From a bacterium (GTDB lineage: Bacteria; UBA8248): a stretch of DNA of 64,000 bases. The stretch lies in contig CBDBZU010000004.1 of assembly GCA_965213625.1 (NCBI GenBank), positions 3,040,001 to 3,104,000 on the forward strand. The letters are read 5' to 3'. Below the pieces are notes generated by a model. It worked only from the letters and a program-made list of their open reading frames with translations, did no database searches and had not been told where the DNA came from. Shown piece by piece: positions 8,663-18,226 of the stretch; the stretch's first letter is position 1, and each line of letters starts with the position of its first letter. The translations under genes were made by a program, and so were the position numbers.

Positions 8663-10795
8663 TCAGGTCCTGTCCGCCAGGAACGCCTCGGCTACAAATA
8701 TCCCTCCCAACACGAGGAAAAGAAGCGCGCCCAAGTCGATGAGCCTCAAGATTGAATCCAGCGGGTCCGAGTCGTTCGCAGGCAAATCGCGCACGTCGAG
8801 TTTCTCGAGTTTTTCCTTGAAGGTGCTCATCTCCACGGGGGAGATGTTCACTTCCGAGGCGGGCGCGTTCACAGCCACGAAATGTTTTTCATCGGGCGTG
8901 AGAACACGGTAATACCCTGCGCGATATGCGTCCCGGTAATAGGCGACTGCGGCGCCGCTTCCTGTTTTGCCCAGCCTGAGACTATCGGCAGGTGCTGCTT
9001 CGGAGTCCGGTGTTTTTTCCATAAATTGAATCGCGCGCTCTTCCTGATCAGGCCCGCGTATCTGAATCGCTTCCCCCACCCGCAGAATGGGCGCCCTGAT
9101 TTCAAACGTGTCGCCAGCATTCGCGGATGAAGACACTCCTTTTCGGGTGCCGCCGAGAAAGTCCGAAACGCCCCGCATGAAGGGGACGAAAACGGGCCGC
9201 ACGGCGAGGTCCGTCCAGTCCCGATCGCATGTGGAGCCCCACACCATCACCTGTCCCGAACCCACCGTGCCGACCACCAGGGCGGGGGCGCCGTCTGGAA
9301 GCTCCAGCAAGGTCCGTCCACCTCTCGCAGGTTCAAGCGGCGTGACCCGCGCCAGACGCAAAGCGGAGAAAAACCGCCCGCCGTTCGCCCCCAGCAAAGA
9401 GAAGGCCGGGTGTGCTTCTTCTCCCTGTGCGATCTTGAGGCTTTGTGACGGGCGCAGCGTTTCGGGTTCTCCCGGCGTGGCCGGCATCCAACCGGGTCCA
9501 GCGGATTTTTCACTCGACAACTCGCCGGTGGCCCAGAAAAGCCCGCCGCCTTTTTCAACGAAATTCCTAAGCCCCTGCTTTCCCTGCTCGGGCCAACGAC
9601 CCAGGTTGCAGGCGATGACGAAGTCGTACTCCTCCCATGGCACGTTGTTTAGTTCATAAGACGCCACGACGCGCGTCAGCACAGGGGATTCTCCGCCCAA
9701 CGGGGCGGCGCTCAGGGCGTTGACGATGAAAAACGTCTCACTGTCCTGGAGTCCGCGCTTCGGGTCCCCGTCGATGACCAGCGCACGCAGGCGCTTCCCG
9801 ATACCCGCCGCGAAGTAGAACCGATTCGTCGCCGAGAGGTTGTCCTCCGGCAACTCGAGGCGTCCGTAGAGTACGCCCTTTTCAGGCGCGTTCACCCGAA
9901 AACTCAGTGGACTCGCTCCATTCGGCTCAAGGTCCACTTCTATCGTTTCCTGTAATTCTTCGCCCACGTACAACTGCACGGGCACTTTGGATTTCTTCTC
10001 CTCACCCCGGTTGAAGACACGCGCGCCGATGGTGAAGGAAAAACCCGCCTTGGGAGGCCACGGCTTCATCTTCACGCCCTGAAGACTCAGATCTTCCACC
10101 CCCGCTTCGGGGGCCACACGAACCAATTGAAGATGCACGTGCGGGTTCCATTGCTTTAGATTCCGAATCTGAAACGATTCCCAATCGCCCCGGGCGAAAT
10201 CGCTGAAAACGACGATGTTCCTCCGCCCCGCCTTGGGCGATGCGCTCTCGAGCGCATGCTGGACGATTCGGCCTGGCGCACCCATACCGTCGGTCTGGTG
10301 GACGCGCTCCAGGGCCGCGAGCGCATCCTCGCGCTTCAATTTCTTGAGTGTCGCGGCGGTCGATTCTCCGACGGTCGTCATGATGCTCATGCGATCCGCA
10401 TCGGACATGTCCTCGATCATCCGCCTCACGGCGCGACTGGCCACGTCGAATCGACTGCCCTTTTCCGTTGAAAACGCCATACTCGCCGAATTATCGATCA
10501 CGGCGACGGTGTGAACGGGAAACCATCCGACACCCGCTACGCCGCCTTCGGTCTCAAGGAGAGGGCGCGACGCCAGGAAGATGATGATCCCCACGGCGCA
10601 TACCCGCAGAAACAAGAGTATCCAGTTTCTGAGCCTGCTGCGGTTCGTGATGCGGCGTTGCGTTCTGAGTAAAAACTCGAAAGTGGGAAGCCGATGCCTG
10701 CGGACAAGGCGCCTCCTCAGCAGATGGATCAGGATGGGAAGAAAGACGAGTCCCATCCCCCAGAGAAGCGCTGCGTGTAAAAACTGGAAATTCAA
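8663..10795 (-). CDS. BatA N-terminal + vWA domain membrane protein
   Basis: N-terminal LPILIHLL...FLRV..LASRP (BatA), VIDNSASM (MIDAS), VFSD, C-terminal TM helix. Confidence 0.85.
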   Translation of the reverse strand: MNFQFLHAALLWGMGLVFLPILIHLLRRRLVRRHRLPTFEFLLRTQRRITNRSRLRNWILLFLRVCAVGIIIFLASRPLLETEGGVAGVGWFPVHTVAVIDNSASMAFSTEKGSRFDVASRAVRRMIEDMSDADRMSIMTTVGESTAATLKKLKREDALAALERVHQTDGMGAPGRIVQHALESASPKAGRRNIVVFSDFARGDWESFQIRNLKQWNPHVHLQLVRVAPEAGVEDLSLQGVKMKPWPPKAGFSFTIGARVFNRGEEKKSKVPVQLYVGEELQETIEVDLEPNGASPLSFRVNAPEKGVLYGRLELPEDNLSATNRFYFAAGIGKRLRALVIDGDPKRGLQDSETFFIVNALSAAPLGGESPVLTRVVASYELNNVPWEEYDFVIACNLGRWPEQGKQGLRNFVEKGGGLFWATGELSSEKSAGPGWMPATPGEPETLRPSQSLKIAQGEEAHPAFSLLGANGGRFFSALRLARVTPLEPARGGRTLLELPDGAPALVVGTVGSGQVMVWGSTCDRDWTDLAVRPVFVPFMRGVSDFLGGTRKGVSSSANAGDTFEIRAPILRVGEAIQIRGPDQEERAIQFMEKTPDSEAAPADSLRLGKTGSGAAVAYYRDAYRAGYYRVLTPDEKHFVAVNAPASEVNISPVEMSTFKEKLEKLDVRDLPANDSDPLDSILRLIDLGALLFLVLGGIFVAEAFLADRT

Positions 10796-10819
10796 GACCC
10801 CTTCCCCCCAAACACCTCT

Positions 10820-11713
10820 CTACACCTTCGAGCGGCTGCGCCACGCCAGAAAGCGGATGAGGCCCCTGTCCAGCGGCTCCGCCGTCGAGACGAGATGATA
10901 GTCTACGCCCAGGTCCGCGCACCGCTCGCGCGTTTGCTCGAGAAATTCTTCCAACAGGCCGAGATAGGGCCTCTTCACCACCTCGCATTCCACGGTGATG
11001 TTCCTGTCCGTCTCGACGTCGTCCATCCTGGCGAGTCCTTCGAAGGGAAACTCGAGCTCCACGCTGTCGAGAATATGGAATACGATGACGTCGTTTCCCT
11101 TGAGACAAAGCAGTTTGAGCGATTTTTCCACAGCTTCGGGGTCATCGAGCAAATCGGAAACGATGACGACGAGCTCCCTTCTCTTCAAGCGCTCCGCCAG
11201 GGCAAGCATCGAACGGGCGATTCCCGTACCCCCGCCGGGCGATGCCGCCTGAAGACCCGCCAACAGGGTCAGCAGATGCTTTCTGATGGATTTGGGCGGA
11301 ACCTGCGTATCTTCGTCCTCACGGGAGACCACCAGGCCCACCGAATCGGACTGGCCCAGCAGCAAATGCGCCATCGCCGAGGAGAGTGTGGCCGCATACG
11401 CCCATTTGCTCAGGGAGCCGTCGCCGAAATCCATCGAGGCGCTGGCGTCGATAACGAGATGCGCATATAGGTTCGTCTCGTCCTCATATTGCTTCACAAG
11501 ATAGCGATCGAATTTACCGTACGCCTTCCAGTCGATGTGCCGGAGTTCGTCGCCCGGGCAGTACGCCCTGTGTTCCTCGAAATCGACGCTGAAACCCCGC
11601 GAGCGGCTCCTGTGCACGCCGCTCATCAACCCCTCGACCACGTGGCGGGCGCGCAACTGGAGGTTGGACAATCTTGAGATGACGAGAGGGTCGAAATACA
11701 GATCCGTGTTCAA
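10820..11713 (-). CDS. DUF58 family protein
   Basis: GVHRSRSRGFSVDFEEHRAY.PGDELRHIDWK, DASASM, VSDLL. Confidence 0.93.
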   Translation of the reverse strand: MNTDLYFDPLVISRLSNLQLRARHVVEGLMSGVHRSRSRGFSVDFEEHRAYCPGDELRHIDWKAYGKFDRYLVKQYEDETNLYAHLVIDASASMDFGDGSLSKWAYAATLSSAMAHLLLGQSDSVGLVVSREDEDTQVPPKSIRKHLLTLLAGLQAASPGGGTGIARSMLALAERLKRRELVVIVSDLLDDPEAVEKSLKLLCLKGNDVIVFHILDSVELEFPFEGLARMDDVETDRNITVECEVVKRPYLGLLEEFLEQTRERCADLGVDYHLVSTAEPLDRGLIRFLAWRSRSKV

Positions 11714-11736
11714 ACCGATTCCCTTTGAGCAGGCGT

Positions 11737-12789
11737 TTACGCGGCTTCCGTGGCCTCCACCGGGGGCACGATGACATCGAGCAGTTGTCGTATCAGGGAT
11801 ACGGAGTCGTGGCCTTCCGCCTGACCGCGAAAGTTCACCAGAATCCGGTGGCGAAGAACGGGCTCAGCCAGCGCCCGTACGTCCTCGATGGTGGCGGCGT
11901 AACGTCCCCGTAGCAGCGCCCGCGCCCGCGCTCCCAGAATCAGATACTGGCTCGCCCTCGGGCCTGCGCCCCACTCCACGTAATTGCGAACGAAATCGGG
12001 AGCGCTTTCATCGTCGGGGCGGGATGCGCGCGCGAGCGAGACCGCGTATTCCACCACGTAGGGAGCCGCCGGCACGCGGCGCACCAGTTCCTGAAACGCC
12101 AGAATCTGCTCGTTGTCCAAAATTTCTTCGAGCTTGGGGTCGTAGTTCGAGGTCGTCTGCGCGACGATTTCCTTCTCCTCCGCCAGACTCGGGTATGACA
12201 CCCCGATCTCGAACATGAACCTGTCCAACTGCGCTTCGGGCAGCGGGTAAGTGCCTTCCTGCTCCACGGGGTTCTGGGTCGCGAGAACGAAAAACGGCGG
12301 GTTCAGATAGTGCGCCTGTCCACCGGCCGTCACGTGCAATTCCTGCATGGCCTGGAGCAGAGCCGCCTGTGTTTTTGGCGATGTGCGGTTGATCTCATCC
12401 GCCAGCAGTATCTGCGTGAAGATGGGCCCGCGAATAAAGCGGAACGAGCGCCTCCCCTCCATGGTGTCGTCCAGTATGTCCGTACCCGTGATGTCCGACG
12501 GCATCAGATCGGGCGTGAACTGGATGCGGTTGAAGTCGAGCTGCAGCACGCGGGCCAGGGTGCGAATGAGCAAGGTTTTCGCCAGGCCCGGCACGCCGAC
12601 CAGCAGACAGTGGCCCTTCGAGAGCAGGGCTATCAGAACAAGATCGATAACCTCCGCCTGACCGACGATGATCTTGTGCACCTGCTCGAGAATGGCGTCG
12701 CGCTTCACGCCTATCTCGCGCGCTATCTCCACATCCACCTCGTTCATGCCCGTCTCTTCGTTTCCCACACTACTCGTTACGTCGTCCAT
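11737..12789 (-). CDS. moxR: MoxR family AAA+ ATPase
   Basis: GVPGLAKT Walker [48 protein letters not shown]. Confidence 0.95.
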   Translation of the reverse strand: MDDVTSSVGNEETGMNEVDVEIAREIGVKRDAILEQVHKIIVGQAEVIDLVLIALLSKGHCLLVGVPGLAKTLLIRTLARVLQLDFNRIQFTPDLMPSDITGTDILDDTMEGRRSFRFIRGPIFTQILLADEINRTSPKTQAALLQAMQELHVTAGGQAHYLNPPFFVLATQNPVEQEGTYPLPEAQLDRFMFEIGVSYPSLAEEKEIVAQTTSNYDPKLEEILDNEQILAFQELVRRVPAAPYVVEYAVSLARASRPDDESAPDFVRNYVEWGAGPRASQYLILGARARALLRGRYAATIEDVRALAEPVLRHRILVNFRGQAEGHDSVSLIRQLLDVIVPPVEATEAA

Positions 12790-12810
12790 TCGTATCGCCT
12801 CTCGATGGGA

Positions 12811-14532
12811 TCAACGGGTAGACATGAGGCGAAGGGCTTCACGCTCCCGTTTCGCCTTTTCCGCCTCGCCCGTTCTTTCGTAATGCGCCAGCAGGCGCTC
12901 ATGAACCACTCGAATGAAGGGATTGATCTCCAGCACTTCCTCCCACGCCCTGAGGGCACGCCCGGGCTTTCCGCCCATCTCGCTCGCCAGCGCCCGATGC
13001 ACGTGCGTCATCGCGTAATCAGGGTCCACCTCCAGCGCCTTTTTAATGTGGCGCTCCGCCTGGGGAATCATGCCCAGATGAATCTCGATCTGGGCCGCGC
13101 GGTTGAGCAGGGGCTGGGAGTGCGGCTCATCGCGCAGGGCGCGGCGGTACTCAATGAGCGCCGCCCGCATTCTTCCCCGGAACGAGAGCCTGTCGCCCAG
13201 CCGCATGCGCCTTCTGGCCACAGCGCTCTTGAGCGCCGCCAGATCGATCGATCTCTCGCTCATCGGCCCTTTGGGCTTGAGTTTCGGCAGGGTAACCTGC
13301 GAGCCCGCATGCTTGCGTAGGGGGAGTTTCTTAAGGTCCTCAATCCAGAGTCTTTCGAACCCGCCCAGATCGACTCCGGCGAGGAGGCGAAGCCCGGACT
13401 CGGCGCTCTGGGGCGGACCGGTGGATTCGAGTTCGACGAGGCTCGCCCGCCTTTTGTGACGCATGCCGGGATTCTCCTCCCCGAGCGCCGGCGCGCCTTG
13501 CGACCTTTGCGCAGGCGGACCGTTGCGAATGCCCGACAGCAGGCGAACGAGCGCATTCTCACCCATTTTGCGCTGGATGAAATCTACGGCCGAAGCCGCC
13601 TCCGCATAGGCCAGATGCACCTCCTGCGGGGTATCGAGATAGATGAGGCTCGGCTCCATTTTCTTGAAGGGGACATAGTTGTTCGTCTGTCTCGCATTGA
13701 ACAGCAAGGCCTCCTCGCCCGGGTGGAGAAAACCGGTTTCCTCGCCTCGCCATTTTTTCTCCATATACTTGGCGATTCCCTCGTGCAGCCAGATGGGCGC
13801 GCGGTTCTTCGTCGCCAGCACGATGAGATAGTGGACGTACTCGTGCGCCGCGGTGTCGAGCCAGCGGTAGCCCCGAAGGAGCGCGCCAGGGGATAAAAAC
13901 ATCACCTTGTTGAACTTGCAGACCCCGACTGCGCCCTTCTCCTCGATGTCGCGCCTCGAGAGCGTGGATGAGCGATGAAAACGGACCGTGTCCGAAAACA
14001 ACTCCACGCGAATCCGTTGCGCGGGCCGCACGCCCAAAATTTCGCCATAGCGCGTATAGGCCTTCTCCAGCGCATCGCCCAGATAAGGCAGCAATACGGC
14101 GTCTTCCCCCGGCTCGTACCAGATGTCGAAATGCTCCGTTTTATACGCCTGGAACCCCTTGAGCGCCGTTTGAGTCTGGCGTACGTGGAGTCTCAGTTCG
14201 AGCCATTCGCCATCACCGGGTTTTTTCTTGAGCGCCGCGTTGAGGTTGGCGAGCGACTCAGAATATTTGCCTTCGAGATAATCCGCAGCCCCCGAGAGCG
14301 CCCGCCATTCTCCCAAACCGGGAGATTTGGCCGCTAGCGATGCGATCTTCTTCCTCGCGGCTGTGAGATTCCACGCCCGAAGTTCATCCACCACGGCGCG
14401 ATAGCCATCGGGCCGCTCCACGGCCTGGGAGAGAGGCACCGCGCGGTTGACGGTATGCGCCCATGAAGTCGGGGCGAACGCCACCGCCAAAAGAACACAA
14501 ACGCATATAGAAAGAAATTTTCTCGCCATCAC
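12811..14532 (-). CDS. Secreted TPR-containing gluzincin (peptidase MA-like)
   Basis: Signal peptide; HEYVH followed by WLHEGIAKY; TPR-like helices at both ends. Confidence 0.82.
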   Translation of the reverse strand: MMARKFLSICVCVLLAVAFAPTSWAHTVNRAVPLSQAVERPDGYRAVVDELRAWNLTAARKKIASLAAKSPGLGEWRALSGAADYLEGKYSESLANLNAALKKKPGDGEWLELRLHVRQTQTALKGFQAYKTEHFDIWYEPGEDAVLLPYLGDALEKAYTRYGEILGVRPAQRIRVELFSDTVRFHRSSTLSRRDIEEKGAVGVCKFNKVMFLSPGALLRGYRWLDTAAHEYVHYLIVLATKNRAPIWLHEGIAKYMEKKWRGEETGFLHPGEEALLFNARQTNNYVPFKKMEPSLIYLDTPQEVHLAYAEAASAVDFIQRKMGENALVRLLSGIRNGPPAQRSQGAPALGEENPGMRHKRRASLVELESTGPPQSAESGLRLLAGVDLGGFERLWIEDLKKLPLRKHAGSQVTLPKLKPKGPMSERSIDLAALKSAVARRRMRLGDRLSFRGRMRAALIEYRRALRDEPHSQPLLNRAAQIEIHLGMIPQAERHIKKALEVDPDYAMTHVHRALASEMGGKPGRALRAWEEVLEINPFIRVVHERLLAHYERTGEAEKAKREREALRLMSTR

Positions 14533-17500
14533 TTGGTCAGCCTGTCAAAATAATCTTCGATTTCGCCGCGCATCCCCTTCGGGAGGCCTTCCTTCATCGC
14601 TTCCATAATCTCTTCCCGGTACTTTGCGGGCACCTTGTATTGCTCCCGGTCAGGGATGAGAACCTCGCTGAACTGGGTGCCGAGATTGCCGTCCTCCTCC
14701 CTGCCTCGCTGGTTCGAACCGCGCGGCTGGGGAAAATTCGGGTTCCGCGACCACCAGGGCCTCTGCCCGCCCCGGCCCGGCCCCAAGGCGCCGAACCCCC
14801 TGGGCGTGCCCAGACCCACGTTGCCCCGCTGGGCCATCTGCTGCATGGCCTGCTGCATGGAGTTCTGCCCTTGGGCAAGCTTGCGTATCGCCTCCTCCTC
14901 AGGGGGCACCGCACGGGAAGAACTACGCTTCGCCAAAGAAGCGGTGGCCTCTTCCATCGCTTTTCCAGCCTCGCTGATTCTATGCAGAATGCTGGGGTTG
15001 ATGAAGGGGTACACCTGCATCATCTGACGCAAGTTCCGCTCGAAATCCCCCAACTTCTTGCGCAGGATATCCTGCCTGTCGCGCAAGCCGTCGAGCTTGG
15101 CGATTTCCGTGCCGCCTGCGTCTTTTTCAGATTTATCCAGGAGCCCTTCAAGATTCTTGACCAGCCCTTTCCAGGGCGCGGCTTCGGCTACTTCCGCGGA
15201 CTTCGACGCTCCCTTCTCCAATGACGCGGCGCCTGAATCTTTCGAACCCTTATCCTCTACCAACGCGTCCGCCTTGTTGCTCGCCACGCTGTCGTCAACT
15301 TGTTTTTTCGCTGTTTGCGCGGGAGCGACGCAGGGCGATTCGGCAATCGTCGCCGCCCATTCCGGCAATCGCTGGAAGATGATTCCCCACTCTCCCCGCT
15401 TGATCATGGTGTCGAACTCAGAGAGCGCCCGCACCTTCTCGCGCTGAATTTTTTCCGCGCGCGCCTGGGGAGAGAGTTTCTTCTTTGCGGGCGGGCCCAG
15501 CATCGAAATCTCAGGCTCTGCAGGCCCGGTTTTCTTCTCGGGCTCGGCCCCCACGAAACAATCGGTTGGGAGCGGCTTTGCGACAAAATCGCTTTTTTCC
15601 TTCCAATACGCCCGCGTGTTTTGCGAAACGTCGGTTATTTCTTCGGGCCACTTCTTCTTGAGGCGGTCCACCACGTTCTCCAGCACGCCCACCGTCTCGC
15701 CAAGTATGGCTTGCTGCTTCTCCACGATTTTGGCCAGTTCACTCTGCTGACGCCTGATGGGTCTGCCCCCGCGCTGGCTCATCATCTGCCGGCGCTGCAT
15801 CCCGCGCAGCGCCATGCGCATTCTCTGCAGCTGGCTCATCAGGCGTCTGAGTTGTTCCAGCGCACCCTGGAAATTGTTCTGGCGCATCATCTCGCGAATC
15901 CGCTCGAAGGAACGCATCATGTCCTGCATGGGCATCTCGCGCATACTGCGCTGATTCATGAACTCAGCAGGCATGCGCTGGGCCAGCGAAGCCATCTGCT
16001 GCATCAGCTCACCCAGCTGCTCCCTGAGTTTCCTCAACTCCTTCTCCACCCGCCGGAGCGCTTCTTGATCCGCGCCCATACTGCGCATCTTCTCCAGCGC
16101 CTGCTCGATAGACCTTTGCCTTTGAATCATCGATTCCGTCGTGCGGCCAGCCCTGTCCACCCGGATGTTGCGCTGTATCTCCTCGCTCATCGTAGCGAGG
16201 CGCTCCAGCGTTTCCGTCGCCTCCTCTTGCCGGGCGGCAATCTCGCGGTTCAGCCTTTCTCGTTCTTTTTTCGCATTCTCCCCCAATTTCGACAGCCGAG
16301 AGAGGGGGTTCAGGTATTGCGAAATCGCATTCCGCAGTTGCCGCTCGAGATTAGATAAATCCATGTCGGAGAGCGTCTCGCGCGGATTCTTGGGCCTGAG
16401 CATTGCCCTGGTTCGCTTGATACGCTCCAGAATTTTTGTGGCCCTCGCCTCGATGGCACCGCTTTTTCCCGCAAGTTTCCCGGGTTCTTTCGCCTCTTTC
16501 GTACTTTCTTCCGGCGGAAGGTCCTTCTCCAGGTAATCACCCAGCAAGTCGAGGAGTTCGTTTGATATTTCGCCCAGGTTCCTGTCCAACCCGGCCATCA
16601 CGGCTTCCCTGTCGCGAATGCTGATACGGTAGATTTTGCTCGTACCGACTTTGGGGCCGCTCACCGTATCCACGTCGGGCGCGACGAAACGATAGGAGAG
16701 AACTCCCCCCGGCCGTATGCCCATAGCGCTGAGCTCGAACTCGTAGCGGCCAAGTACATCTTTCTGGGGCTTCTCGCCGCTCCACACCTTGATTCTCCTC
16801 GGACGGCCGCTCCCGAGCCTGACTTCGAGATACACGTTCCTGACGCCGAAATCATCGGACGCGCGGTACTTAACGGTCACCCGCTCGTCGGCCTCCACCG
16901 TGAGGTCCTTGTCCGGGTGGGTAACCATCACATCGGGATAGGCATCAGGGATAATATCGATCTGGTATCGCTGGGGCGCCAGATTCGAAAAGCCGTGCGC
17001 ATCCTTCAGGCGAACCTGATAGGAACCCGCGCCGCCCAGGATCATCTTGCCATTCAGCGAATCGCCGCTTTCCGAAGGGTTGAGCGGCAATCGCCAGCCG
17101 TCGGCCAACGCAATGAGCGCCTCCTGTACCGGCTTGTTCGTCTTCACGGCCAATTGAACTTCGGACCCCATATAGGCCCGGATGTGGCCTCCCTTTTTCC
17201 CACCGCCGGGTTTTAAGTTCGTGTATTCCGGCGGATACTGTACAACTTCTATGGATTCCACCTTCGGCGGGGCGACCACGCGAACCTCGATCGTCCGGGA
17301 ACGGAACCTGCCCGTACGCGCCGTGATGCGCGCACCAGATCCCGCAGCAAGCCAACGGGCGCGAAAATGGTGAGGAGCCACTTTCTCCATGGCGATGCTC
17401 GCCTTGGATTCGGCGCTTTGGCGCACTTCCAGCTCCACGGAATCCGTCTCACGCCCCCTTGTTCTGACTTCGAGCGTCGTAGGCATCCCGGGAAGCAGCG

Positions 17501-18116
17501 TCGTGCGCTCCGCCCAAAGCTCCATATGGGTGATGCGCGAGGGCATGAGGTCCGCCGCGTTCGCCAGAAGATAACCCGCGCGCGGATAGAGCCCCGGCCA
17601 GATGAAAGCCATGAGCATGACGACGACAGCCAGAGCGCCGGCGAGCCGACCCAGCCTTTGAAATCCGGCGTGTGAAACGTAAGACTCCGGGTCGAGCGAT
17701 TCCACTTCCCGGCTGGTGTCGTTCACCAGCGCATCGATGAGCGCGGGCGATGTCGGGTCGTCGTCGCCGAGATCACCTTTGCGCGGGAAAAGCTGCAGCG
17801 AACTGATGAGATTACTGCCCAGGTCCGGATGGGTTTCCTCGATGTCGAGGGCGATTCTCTCGCGCCTCGGTCGACGGGTCGCCAGCCACCAGGATCGGAT
17901 GAGCGCTGCAGCCAAGAGTAGAACCGTCATCCCAACGTATACGATAGCCGAATATCCAAAGCGGATCTGGGAGACGACCGCCGCAGGAGCAAGCAGCAGT
18001 ACGGCCAGGACGCCCAACAGTAGAACCATCCCTGCTTCGAGACGCCTCACTTTGAGGCGAGCGCGAATTACGGAGTCGAGAAACTCGGTTATTTTCCTGA
18101 AAGATCGATCGGCCAT
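14529..18116 (-). CDS. DUF4175-like large membrane-anchored coiled-coil protein
   Basis: N-terminal TMs, PPEYT, ASDDFGV, Q/M-rich coiled coil, C-terminal YREEIMEAMKEGLP...YFDRL. Confidence 0.8.
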   Translation of the reverse strand: MADRSFRKITEFLDSVIRARLKVRRLEAGMVLLLGVLAVLLLAPAAVVSQIRFGYSAIVYVGMTVLLLAAALIRSWWLATRRPRRERIALDIEETHPDLGSNLISSLQLFPRKGDLGDDDPTSPALIDALVNDTSREVESLDPESYVSHAGFQRLGRLAGALAVVVMLMAFIWPGLYPRAGYLLANAADLMPSRITHMELWAERTTLLPGMPTTLEVRTRGRETDSVELEVRQSAESKASIAMEKVAPHHFRARWLAAGSGARITARTGRFRSRTIEVRVVAPPKVESIEVVQYPPEYTNLKPGGGKKGGHIRAYMGSEVQLAVKTNKPVQEALIALADGWRLPLNPSESGDSLNGKMILGGAGSYQVRLKDAHGFSNLAPQRYQIDIIPDAYPDVMVTHPDKDLTVEADERVTVKYRASDDFGVRNVYLEVRLGSGRPRRIKVWSGEKPQKDVLGRYEFELSAMGIRPGGVLSYRFVAPDVDTVSGPKVGTSKIYRISIRDREAVMAGLDRNLGEISNELLDLLGDYLEKDLPPEESTKEAKEPGKLAGKSGAIEARATKILERIKRTRAMLRPKNPRETLSDMDLSNLERQLRNAISQYLNPLSRLSKLGENAKKERERLNREIAARQEEATETLERLATMSEEIQRNIRVDRAGRTTESMIQRQRSIEQALEKMRSMGADQEALRRVEKELRKLREQLGELMQQMASLAQRMPAEFMNQRSMREMPMQDMMRSFERIREMMRQNNFQGALEQLRRLMSQLQRMRMALRGMQRRQMMSQRGGRPIRRQQSELAKIVEKQQAILGETVGVLENVVDRLKKKWPEEITDVSQNTRAYWKEKSDFVAKPLPTDCFVGAEPEKKTGPAEPEISMLGPPAKKKLSPQARAEKIQREKVRALSEFDTMIKRGEWGIIFQRLPEWAATIAESPCVAPAQTAKKQVDDSVASNKADALVEDKGSKDSGAASLEKGASKSAEVAEAAPWKGLVKNLEGLLDKSEKDAGGTEIAKLDGLRDRQDILRKKLGDFERNLRQMMQVYPFINPSILHRISEAGKAMEEATASLAKRSSSRAVPPEEEAIRKLAQGQNSMQQAMQQMAQRGNVGLGTPRGFGALGPGRGGQRPWWSRNPNFPQPRGSNQRGREEDGNLGTQFSEVLIPDREQYKVPAKYREEIMEAMKEGLPKGMRGEIEDYFDRLTK

Positions 18117-18226
18117 CTCCCGTTTCCCTTATATGAGTGAACGGCGAGGAGCAGAAAATGAATTGTAGTACATGACTCAAATTACCGCACGTTCGTTAAA
18201 TTTACCGCACGCCGACTCCTGCGCGC